Assembly: GCF_009914755.1 (NCBI RefSeq)
Contig: NC_060927.1
From: the human T2T-CHM13v2.0 reference genome, Homo sapiens
Length of the DNA: 64,000 bases
Strand: one strand, 5' to 3'
Every line of letters starts with the position of its first letter. Position 1 is the stretch's first letter. The position numbers and the translations under genes were made by a program. The notes beneath the pieces were generated by a model that saw only the letters and a list, made by a program, of their open reading frames with translations, did no database searches and was not told where the DNA came from. Shown piece by piece: positions 14,201 to 25,545 of the stretch.

Positions 14201-17030
14201 ATTTATATCACATTCCCCTAGAATATGACCCATAACATTACAGGGTGTAGAACACCTGTGATTTATGAGTAACATTTCTATAGAATATTACAAGTAGTAT
14301 CCTTCGGTGTGCACTCCGTGTGACATTAGGAGTAACATCCCACGAAACTGTGATGAATAATTTCAAAAGGTGCACACCCTCTGTGACATTAAAAGTAACA
14401 TCTCGCTAGGATATTATGAATAATATCACAGGGTATATACAGCCCCTGTGACATGAGGAGTAATGTCTCTTTAGGATATCACGAATAATATATCAAGATG
14501 TACGCACCCTGTGACATTAGGTGTAATATCCGTCTAGGAGACTACAAATACTATCATAGTGAACACAACCCCTGTGACAATAGGAGTAACATCCCCGTAG
14601 GATGTTATGAATAATATCACAAGGTGCACACACATTGTGACTTCAGTGCTAATATCCCTCTCATATACTGTGAATAATATCACAGGGTGTACACCCCTGT
14701 GATATTACATTAGGAATAACATCTCCCTAAAATATTATGAATAATATCATAGGGGGTACACAGGCCTTTGGTTTAGGAGTAATATTCCCATAGGATATTA
14801 CTAATAATATCACAGTGTGTACACTCACTGTGATATTAGGAGTACCATTTCCCAAGGATATTATGAATAATATCACAGTAGGTGTTCACACATGATGTGT
14901 ACAACATGTGTGTACACCCAATGTGATAGTTGAAGTAATATGTCCCTGGGATCTTACGAATAATATCAAAAGGTGTACACCCTATGTGACATTAAGAGTA
15001 ACATCCCTTTTGGAGATTCTGAATGTTATCACAGGGTGTGATATTAGGAGTGTGATATGAGGAGTAACCTCTTCCTAGGATAACCCGTGATAGTAGGAGT
15101 AACCTCTTCCTAGGATATTACGGATAACATCACAGGGTGTAAAACCCTGTGACTTTAAATGTAACACCCCCCTAGAATATTATGAATAATATAACAGGGT
15201 GTACACCCCCTGTGACATTAGGAGTAACATCTCCCTAGGATATTACAAATAATGTCACTGGGGGCACACCCTCTGTGATATTAGCAGCAACATCTTTCTA
15301 GGATATTATGAATTATATCACAGGGTGTAAACTCACTGTGATATTAGAAGGAATATCTCCCTAGGATATAAGCTATCATATCACAAGAATGTACACACAT
15401 GGTGTACACCCACTGTGTTATTAGCAGCAATATCTCCCTATGATATTATGAAAAATATCACGGGGTGTACTCTCTGGTGGGTTACTAGAAGTAATGTTTA
15501 CCATGAATATTACAAATAATATCACAAGGTGTACACACATGGGGTACACCCACTGTGATATTAGGAGTTATATCTCTCAAAGATATTACAAATAATATCC
15601 CAGTGGGGGTACCCCATGTGTGTACACCCACTGTGATATTTACAGTAACATCTCTCTATAAGATTACAAATAATATCGAGAGGGGACACCCCCTGTGACA
15701 TTAGGAGAAACATCCACCGACAATATTGGGAACAATATCACACGGTGTACACCCCTGTAACGTTAGGAGTAACAACACCCTGAATATTGCTAATAATATC
15801 ACAAGGTGTACACGCATTGTGACATTAGTAGTAATATCTTGCTAACATATTTTCAAGAATATCACAGAAGGAACACACCTGTGACTTTAAGAGTAACATT
15901 TCTCTAGAATAGTAAGAATAATATGATGGGGTGTACACCCCCTGTGACATTAGGAGTATCATCTCCCTGGAATATTACAAATAATGTCACAGGGGATTAT
16001 CTAGTGTGACAATAGGAGTATACACCTCTGGGAAATTATGAATACTAACACAGGGTGTACACCCCTGTGACATTAGGAGAAACATCTTTCTAGAATATCA
16101 CGAATAATATCACTATGTGTACACACACTGTGTCATTAAAAGTAAAATTGCCCTAGGATATTATGAAATAGAACACAGGGAGTACACCCCGTGTGACATT
16201 AGAAATACATCCCCCGAGGACATAACGAATAATATCAGAGAATGCACCTGCCTTGGACATCAGTAGTAACATCTCTTCAGGATAACACGATAATATCAAA
16301 GGGTGTACACACATTGTGAAATTAGTAGTGAACTCCTGCTAGGATATTACGAATTTCATGACAGGGTCTACACGCCCTGTGACATTACTAGGAAGGTTTT
16401 CCCAGAATATTATGAAGAATATTAAAGGGTGTACAGGACCTGTGATTTATGAGTAACATTTTGATAGAATATTGCACGTAGTATCACTGTGTGTACACCC
16501 CGTATGACATTAGGGTAACATCCCACAAAACTATAACGAATAATTTCACAAGTTGTACACCCTCTGTGATATGAAAAGTAACATTTCCCTAGAATATGAC
16601 GGTAATATCACAGCGTGTACAACCTCTGTGATATGAGAAGTGACATCTGATAAGGATAATGAGAGTAATTTGACAACGTGTACAAACCCTGTGACATAAG
16701 GAGTGACATCCCACTAGGATACTATGAACAATATCAAAAAGAATATACCCCGACTGACAATAAAAGTAACCTCCCCTTAGGAGATTAGGAATAACACCAC
16801 AAGTTGTACACACATTGTGACACACTTATTAGTGTCCCGCTAGGCTATTGGAAATAATATCACAGTGCGTAGAGTCCTGTGACATCAGAATTAACATTCC
16901 ACGCAATATTACGAATAACATCGCAGGGTGAATACTCCTGTGACTTTAGTAATGGCATTTTGCTAGAATATGGAAAATAATGTCCCAGGGTGTTAATCAA
17001 GTGTGGCAGAAGAGAAAAGACTCAAGGAGT
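11248..17030 (+). repeat. SATR1-type satellite array 1 (about 63-bp monomer, with about 75-bp variants)
   Basis: Tandem cagggtgtacaccccctgtgacattaggagtaacatctccctaggatattatgaataatatca; satellite known to accompany OR7E duplications. Confidence 0.9.
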
Positions 17031-18330
17031 AATAGAATAATATCTCCACCCCTCTCCCCCCCTGGATATTATGATCCACATCACAGGGGCCCAGCGCCCC
17101 CAGCGATGCGGGAAGTAATATCCCACCCCTCTCCCCCCCTGGATATTACGATCCACATCTCAGGGGTGCGGGCGCCCCCGCGATGCGGGGAGTAATATCC
17201 TCACCTCTCTGCTCCCCTGGATGTTGCGGTCCACGGTGGTCACACAGCGTGTTTACCTTATTGGCAGTAATATCTTCTCCTTCTCTGGAAATTACCATCT
17301 ATATCACAGTCGGGGGTACATCCTCTGCACTATTTGCAATAATAGCATCCTCTTCCCCATGGATATTAAGAACAATATTACAGGACTGTTTTTACCCCCA
17401 GCGGCATTGGGTGTAGTATCATCCTCTCCCACGTTGAAATTAGGAACAATATAACTGGGGGCGTGTCCACCCCATGCCATATTGAAAGTAACATCTTCCG
17501 CTTCTCGCCTGGATCATGGGAACAATATGACTGGGGTGGTGTACACTTTCTGCGGTATTGGGAGTAATATCATCCTCTCCGCCTTGGAATATTAGGGACA
17601 ATATCACAGGGGGGCTCTACACACCCGGCGCTATTAAGAAGAATATTGTCCTCTCCCGTCCTGCTTATTAGGAAAAATATCACAGAGTGGGTGTACACCT
17701 CCTGCGATATGGGGGGTAATATCCTCTTCTTCTTCTGGATAGTAGCAACAATATCACACGGGTTTGTACACTTTCTGTGATATTGGGAGTAATATCAACC
17801 TCTCGGCCTTTTTATATTGAGAACAATATCACAGAATGGATGTGCAACCCCTGCGATATTGGGAGTAATATCAGCCTCTCCTCCATGGATATTAGGAATA
17901 ATATCCCAGGGTGGGTGTACACCTCCTGCTGTATGGGGAGTCATATCGTCCTCTCCCTTCCTGGCTATTAGGAACAATATCACAGGGTGGCTGTACACAA
18001 CCTGCGATATTGGGGGTAATATCACCCTCTCCCCGTCCGGATATTAGGAACAATATCACAGAAGTTGTGTACACTTCCTGCGATACTGGGAGTAATAGCA
18101 TTCTCTTCTTCCGTGAATATTAGGAGCAATATCACCGGGTGGATGTACACCCACTGCTATACTGGGAGTAACGTCATACTCCACCCCCTGGATGTTATAT
18201 TCGGATGAATATCACCGCGTAGGTGTACACCTATTGCGATATTGAACGTAATATCATGCTCTCTCCCTCCCTGGACATTAGGAACAATATCACAGGTGGG
18301 TGTACACCCACTGAGGTATTAGACGTAGTA
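17031..18330 (+). repeat. SATR2-type satellite (about 70-bp monomer), CpG-rich variant monomers at 17050-17250
   Basis: gggagtaatatcatcctctccc..ctggatattaggaacaatatcacagggg.gtgtacacc.cctgcgatatt repeats. Confidence 0.85.
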
Positions 18331-18660
18331 TGAGTATTAATTATTACTCATTTATTAACATGAATATGAATTACCAATATTAATATTAAGAAATAACTGC
18401 TAATAAAATTTTTCATATTATTAATATTAATATAAATTATTAGGAGCTAATAGTGTTTTCTAATGATAAGATCAGTATCAGTTATTAATATCAGGTGTTA
18501 TTAATCATTAATATTAATCATTTATTGTTATCATTAGTATAACTATTTAATATTAATTATCATTATCTTTGGTATTGATGTTTAAAATTATATTATCAGT
18601 TATTAATATTGATAATTATTAGTGTCAATTAATAATTGATATTAATTGCGATAAGAAATA
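18331..18660. repeat. AT-rich low-complexity spacer
   Basis: TAATAT/ATTAAT-rich sequence; paralog at 41341-41670. Confidence 0.85.
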
Positions 18661-18749
18661 TTGCGACGTTCCTCACAATATCGCAGAAAATATACACCCC
18701 CCAGTGATGTTCTTCCTGATAGCCAGGGTAGACGGTGACATTACTTCAT

Positions 18750-18925
18750 CCATCACGACCCTTTCACGTGGAACCCCTTAGAGTTTTAAGCCCTTAAAGG
18801 GGCCAGGAACTCTCTTTCTTAGGGTAGCTGGGCTCTTAAGATGGGAGTCTGCCGACGCTCCTCCTGGCCGAATAAAAAACCCTCTTCTTTCTTTAATGGG
18901 CTGTCTGAGAAGTTTTCCTGCTCCA
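18750..18925 (+). mobile_element. LTR2-family (HERV-E) 5' LTR, 5'-truncated (end of U3, R, U5)
   Basis: ccccttagag...gcccttaaaggggccaggaa, AATAAA, ends cctgctcCA followed by tttct and the PBS. Confidence 0.85.
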
Positions 18926-18930
18926 TTTCT

Positions 18931-19005
18931 TGGTTCCCTGACCAGGAATCGAGCATGGGTAGCAGTGGTGAGAGGTCTGAATCCTAACCGATAGACCACC
19001 AGGGG
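18931..19005 (-). tRNA. tRNA-Glu(CTC) pseudogene with encoded CCA, located at the HERV-E primer-binding site
   Basis: Minus strand CCCCTGGTGGTCTATCGGTTAGGATTCAGACCTCTCACCACTGCTACCCATGCTCGATTCCTGGTCAGGGAA-CCA; 58/72 identical by hand to recalled tRNA-Glu-CTC; anticodon at 18970-18972; anticodon and T stems damaged. Confidence 0.9.
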
Positions 19006-22000
19006 AACTTAGAACCTTGTGCGAAATAGATTGCCTACCATTAGAAGTGGGTTGGCCATCAGAAGGAAGCCTGGACAGGTCCCTTGTTTCTAAGGTGTGG
19101 CACAAGGTAACTGGTAAAGGATACCTAGAGCAGTTCCCATACATAGACACTTGGTGACAGCTGGTGCTAGACCCCCCACAGTGGCTAAGAGGGCAGGCAG
19201 CAGCAATACTAGTAGCAAAGGGACAGATAGCTAAGGAACGATCCCGCTCCACCCGCCCAGGGAAATCAACTCCTGAAGTTCTCTTCGACCCAACATCAGA
19301 AGATCCATTGCAGGAGATGGCACCAGACATCCCAGTGGTGCTCTACCCTTACCAGGGCAAGAGGCTCCCCACTCTTGAGCCCACAGTGCTTGCCTCCGCG
19401 AGACAAGCATATCCCTAGGCCCCCCAGAGTAGACAAGAGAGGAGGTGAAGACTCCGGAGAAACCCCTCCCTTGGCAGCTCGTTTACGACCCAAAACGGGG
19501 ATACAAATGCCCCTGAGAGAGCAGCGGTATCCTAGGATAGATGAGATGGTCACGTGGTGGAGAGGCGTGTTTTTGTTTACCAGCCCTTCACCTCTGCCGA
19601 CCTTCTCAACTGGAAAAACAACACCCCGTCCTATACCGAAAAGCCACAAGCTCTAATTGATTTGCTCCAAACTATTATCCAGACCCACAATGCCACCTGG
19701 GCTGATTGCCAGCAGTTGCTCATGTTCCTCTACAGCAGAGATGAAAGGCGGAGAGTGCTCCAAGCAACAACTAAGTGGCTAGAGGAACATGCACCAGCTG
19801 ATTATCAAAACCCCTAAGAGTGTGTAAGGACCCAGTTACCAGGACCCGATCCCCAGTGGTACCCACATGAAAGAGAGGATATGCAAAGGCTAAATCGAGA
19901 CAGGGAAGCTCTCTTGGAAGGATTCAAGAGGGGAGCTCAGAAGGCCACAAACGTTAACAAGGTCTCTGAGGTCATTCAGGGAAAGAAGAAAGTCCAGCAC
20001 AATTCTACCAGAGACTGTGTGAGGCCTATCTTATGTATAATCCCTTTGATCCTGATAGCCCTGAAATCAGCGCATGATTAACATGGCTTTAGTCCATCAA
20101 AGCGCAGAAGACATGAGAAGAAAACTGCAGAAACAGGCTGGGCTTGCAAGGATGAATCCATCACAATTACTAGAAATAGCTAGCCAGGTGTTTGTAAACA
20201 GGGATGCAGTAAGCCCTAAGGAAAACAGCAAAGAGAAGGGAGGTCAGGGCCGGCAAAATACTGACCTGTTAGCTGCAGCAATCACAGGGGACCCCCAAAG
20301 AGGCAAGGGAAGGGGGGCCCTGGGAAAGAAACTCAGCCTGGCTGTCAGAGTTTGCAGTGTAACCAGTGTGCTTATTGTAAAGAAATAGGACAGTGGAAGA
20401 ATAAATGCTCTCAGCTCAAAAGAAAACAAGATGACTCAGAACAGGAGGCCCCGGACAAGGAGGAATGGGCCCTGCTCAACCTGGCAGAAGGGTTATTGGA
20501 CTGAGGGAGAGCGGGCTCAAGCATTCCCAAAGAGCCTCTGGTCAGAATGACAGTCGGGGGTAGAGACATTGATTTTCTTGAAGATAGCGGTGCTGAACAT
20601 TCACTAGTAACTGCCCTGGTCACCCCCTTATCCAAAAAGACTATTGACGCCATCGGAGCCATGAGGGTTTCAGCAAAGCAAGCTTTCTGCTTGTCTCGGA
20701 CTTGTACTGTAGGAGGACATAAAGTCATTCATCAGTTTTGGTACATGCCTGACTGTCCCTTGACCTTTTTGGGAAGGAACTTGCTCAGCAAGCTGAGAGC
20801 CACTATGTCTTTGACAAAGCATGGCTCTTTGCTGCTAAAGTTACCTGGAACGGGAGTCCTTATGACCCTTACAGTCCCCCAAGAGGAGGAATGGAGAATT
20901 TTCTTAACTGAGCCAGGCCAAGAGAGAAGACCAGCTCTGGCTAAGTGGTGGCCAAGAGTATGGGCAGAAGACAACCCTCTGGGATTGGCCAGTTAAGACT
21001 GGGGCCCAGACGGTGAGGCAAAAACAGGACCCAGTCCCCAGAGAAGTTCTTCAAGGTATCCAGGTCTGTCTCAAGCACCTAAGAACTTTTGAAATTATTG
21101 TTCCTTGTTAGTCTCCATGGAACACTCCCCTCCTGCTTGTTCCCAAGCCACGGACCAAGGACTACCGGCCGGTACAGGATTTGCACTTGCTTCATCAAGC
21201 TACACTCACTTTACATCCAACAGTACCTAACCCGTCCACATTGTTGGGGTTGCTGCCAGCTGAGGACAGCTGGTTCACTTGCTTGGACCTGAAAGACGCT
21301 TTCTTTCCTATCAGATTAGCCCCTGAGAGGCAGAAGCTGTTTGCCTTTCAGTGGGAAGATCCGGAGTCAGGTGTCACTACTCAGTACACTTGGACCAGAC
21401 TTCCCCAAGGGTTCAAGAACTCCCCCATCATCTTCGGGGAGGCGTTGGCTCAAGACCTCCAGAAGTTTCCCACCAGAGACGTAGGCTGCGTGTTGCTCCA
21501 GTAGGTTGATGACCTTCTGCTGGGACACCCCACGGCAGTTGGGTGTGCCACGGGAACGGATGCCCCACACCGGCACCTGGAGGACTGTGGGTATAAGGTG
21601 TCCAAGAAGAAAGCTCAGATCTGCCAACAGCAGGTACCTTACTTGGGATTTACTATCTGACAGGGGTTGGAAGGCAGCCCGGGATCAGAAAGAAAGCAGG
21701 TCATTTGCAATCTACCGGAGCCTAAGGCCAGAAGGCAGGTGAGAGAATTCTTAGGAGCTGTGGGGTTTTGCAGACTGTGGATCCCAAACTTTGCAGTATT
21801 AGCCAAGCCTTTGTATGAGGTCACAAAGGGGGCAGGGATCAGGAAGCTTTGGAATGGGGATCCCAACAACAGCAACTCTTTCATGAGTTAAAGGAAAAAC
21901 TTCTGGCAGCCCCAGCCCTGGGTCTACCCGATCTGACAAAGCCTTTTCCATTGTATGCGTCAGAGAGAGAAAAGATGTCAGCTGGACTTTGAACCCAAAC

Positions 22001-23524
22001 TGTGGGGCCCTGGCTGAGACTGGTGGCCTACCTCTCTAAACAACTAGATGGGGTTTCTAAAGGATGGCCCCCCTGTTTGAGGGCCTTGGCAGCAACTGCC
22101 CTGCTAGTACAAGAAGCAAATAAGCTGACTCTTGGGCAAAACCTGAACATAAAGGCCTCCCGTGCTGTGGTGACTTTAATGAATACTAAAGGACATCATT
22201 GGCTAACGGATGCCAGACTCATCAAGTACCAAACTTTGCTCTGTGAGAATCCCCGTATAACCATTGAAGTTTGTAACACCCTACACCCTGCCACCTTGCT
22301 CCCGGTATCAGAGAGCACTGTCGAGCCTGATTGTGTAGAAGTGTTGGATTCAGTTGACTCTAGCAGACCTGACCTCTGGGACCAGCCTTGGGCATCAGGA
22401 GACTGGGAACTATATGTGTATGGGAGCAGCTTCTTCAACCCCCAAGGAGAGAGAGAGGTGCAGGGTATGCAGTGATAACCCTGGACACTGTTGTTGAAGC
22501 CAGATCCTTGCCGCAGGCCTCTGCAGCCCAGAAAGCTGAACTCATTGCTTTCATTCATGCCTTAGAACTCAGTAAGCGTGAGACTGTCAACATTTACACT
22601 GATTCTTGGTATGTCTTTTTAACCCTTCAAGTGCATGGAGCGTGATAGAAAAGGGCCTACTGAACTCTGGGGGAAAAGACAGAAAATATCAACAAGAAAT
22701 CTTGCAATGATTAGAAGCAGTATGGAAACCCCACAAGGTGGCAGTTATGCATTGCAGAGGACACCAGAGAGCTTCCACCTTGCTGGGTTTGGGGAATTCC
22801 CCCGCTGACTCAGAGGCTCAAAAAGCAGCATCTGCCCCCTTCCGGGCATCAGTGCTCCCTCAAGCACCTGATCTTGGACCTACTTCTTCTAAAGAAGAAA
22901 AGGACTTTCTCCAGGTAGAGGGAAGGACAAGTGATCGAGGAAGGATGGATTCGGTTACCAGATGGGAGACTAGCTGTGCCACAGCTGCTAGGAGCTGCAG
23001 TTGTACTGGCTGTGCAAGAAACCACCCATTGAGGTCAGGAGTCACTGGAAAAGTTGTTAGGCTGGTATTTCTACATCTCGCCTCTGTCAGCCCTTGCCAA
23101 AACGGTGAGGCAGCGGTGTGTTACCTGCCGACAGCATGATGCGAGGCAAGGTCCAGCCGTTCCGCCCGGCATACAAGCTTATGGAGCAGCCCCCTTTGAA
23201 GATCTCCAGGTAGACTTCAGAGAGATGCCAAAGTGTGGAGGTAACAAGTATGTACTAGTTCTTGGGCGTACCTACTCTGGGTGGGTGGAGGCCTATCCAA
23301 CACGAACTGAGAAAGCTCGTGAAGTAACCCCTGTCCTTCTTCGAGATCTGATTCGTAGATTTCGACCGCCCTTATGGATCGGCTCAGACAACGGGCCTGC
23401 ATTTTTGGCTGCCTTGGTACAGAAGACGGCAAAGGTATTGGGGATCACACGGAAACTGCATGCCGCCTCCCGGCCTCAGAGTTCTGGAAAGGTGGAGCGG
23501 ATGAATCGGACTATCAAAAATAGT
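19006..23524 (+). mobile_element. HERV-E internal region copy 1: defective gag-pro-pol, truncated in integrase, no env or 3' LTR
   Basis: MA (LRTLCEID..GWPSEGSLD), CA (FTSADLLNWKNN), zinc-knuckle remnant, gag TGA 20502-20504, protease [15 protein letters not shown] with YVDD mutated to *VDD (TAG 21502-21504), RNase H AQKAEL, IN LQVDF/SDNGPAF/GKVERMNRT; Glu PBS. Confidence 0.92.
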
Positions 23525-25545
23525 ACTGTTGTCTTCCCTGCTGGATATTTAAAACAACACCACAAGGGGTGTCAAACCACCTGCTAAATTTGAGGGAATG
23601 TTATCCTCTCCCCACCTCCCCCAGCCCCGGATATTAGAGAAAATAACACAGGGGTGATGTACACCCACTGCTTTATTGGGAGTAGTATCATCCTCTCCCT
23701 TCTTGGATATTAGGAACAATATCACACTGTGCTTGTAGGCCTGTCATGAAATTCAATGGAATGTCATCCTGTGCCTCCCTGGATATGATGAACAATATCA
23801 CGGGGGATGTACAACTTCTGAGATATTGGGAGTGATATCATCTTCTCCCCTCTGGGAGTTAGGGACAATATCACAGGGGTCGTGTACACCCTCTGGGATG
23901 TTGGGACTAATATCATCCTCCCGCCCACTGGATATTAAAAACCATATCACAAGGGGCGTGTGCACACACTTTGATATTGGTATGAATACCATCCTCTCCC
24001 TCTTTGGATATTCGGTGCCATATTTCAGGTGGGGTATACACCACCTGCAATATTGGAAGTAATATGATTTTCTCCCCCACAGATATCAGAAACAATATCA
24101 CAGGGGTGTGTCAACAACCCCTGCGATATTTGGAGTAATATCATCGTCTCCCCTCATGAATATTAAGAACAATATCATAGGGGTGGGGGGTGTACAGCCC
24201 CTTTCATATTTGATATCATCCTCTTCCACCCTGGATATGAGGAACAATATCAGGAAGGGATGTACAGACCCTGCGATATTTGCTGTCATATAATTGTCTC
24301 TCCCGTAGATATTAGGAAAAAAGTCACTGGGGATGTGAACAGCCCTGCGATATTGAGAGTAGTATCATCCTCTCCCCCCTTGTATATTGGGAACAACATC
24401 ACAGGTGGGGTGTACTGCCTCTGCGATATTGGGAGTAAAATTTTCCTCTCTTCCCCTGGACATTAGGAAGAGTATCAGAGGGGGGAGGGTGTACATTCCC
24501 TGCCATATTCAACGTAACCTTATCCTCTCCCTCCCAGGGTATTCAGAACAATATTACAGGAGGGGTGTACACCCTCTGCGATATTGACAGTCATATCATC
24601 CTCTTTCGCTCTGGATATTAGGAACAATATCACAGGGTTGTGTACACCCCCTGCGATATTGGGAGTGATATCATCCTCTCTCCCTGGGTATATTAGGAAG
24701 AGTATCACAGGGCTGTGTAAACCCCCTGCGGTACTGGGAGTAATACCATTCTCTCTCCCTCTGGATATGAGGAAGATTTTCACAGGGAAGTGTACACCCC
24801 CTGCGATATTGGGAGTAATATCATCCTCTCCACCCAGGAAATGACTAACAAGGTCACGGGGGAGTGTACTCCCCCTGCGATATTGGGAGTAATGTCGTCC
24901 TCCCCAAAGCTGGAAGTTAGCAACAAGATCACAGAGGGGTGTACACACCCTGTGACATTGGAAGTAATATGATCCTCTCTCCACCTGGATATTGGGAAAG
25001 ATATTACAGCGCGGGTATACATTTCCTACGCTGTTGGGAGTAATATCATTCTTTTCCTTTCTGGATATTAGGAAGAACATCACAGGGGTGCTGTACAATT
25101 ACTTCGATATTGGGAGTAATATCATGCTCTATTTTCCTGGATATTGCGCACAAAAACACAAAAGGGTGTACAACCCCTGCGATATTGGGAGTAATAGCAT
25201 ACTTTCCTTCCCTGGATGTTAGAAAACAATATCATCAGGGCTGAACACCCCCCGCGATAATGGGAGTCATATTTACTCTTTCACAGGCCATTTGGAACAA
25301 TATCACAGGGGGTGTTTACAAACAGGGGTGGTGTACACCCCCTGTGATATTGGGAGTAACATCATTCTCTCCACCTCCGGATATTAAGAACAGTATCCCG
25401 GCGGGAGGTGGTACACCACCAGTGATATTGGGAATAATGTTATCCTCTCCTTCCCTGGATATTAAGAACAATATCACAGGGGGGTGTACACCTTCTGTGA
25501 TATTGGAAGCAATATCATCCTCTTACCCACTGGATATTAGAAAAA
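23525..25545 (+). repeat. SATR2-type satellite
   Basis: About 70-bp tandem units fused directly to the integrase sequence. Confidence 0.88.

Noticed and set aside
11248-17030. Palindromic repeats at about 63-bp spacing resembling a CRISPR array
   Set aside because: The whole monomer repeats, with no unique spacers and no cas genes; primate satellite context
18931-19005. Functional tRNA-Glu gene
   Set aside because: Encoded CCA, altered A and B boxes, mismatched anticodon and T stems, position at a retroviral PBS
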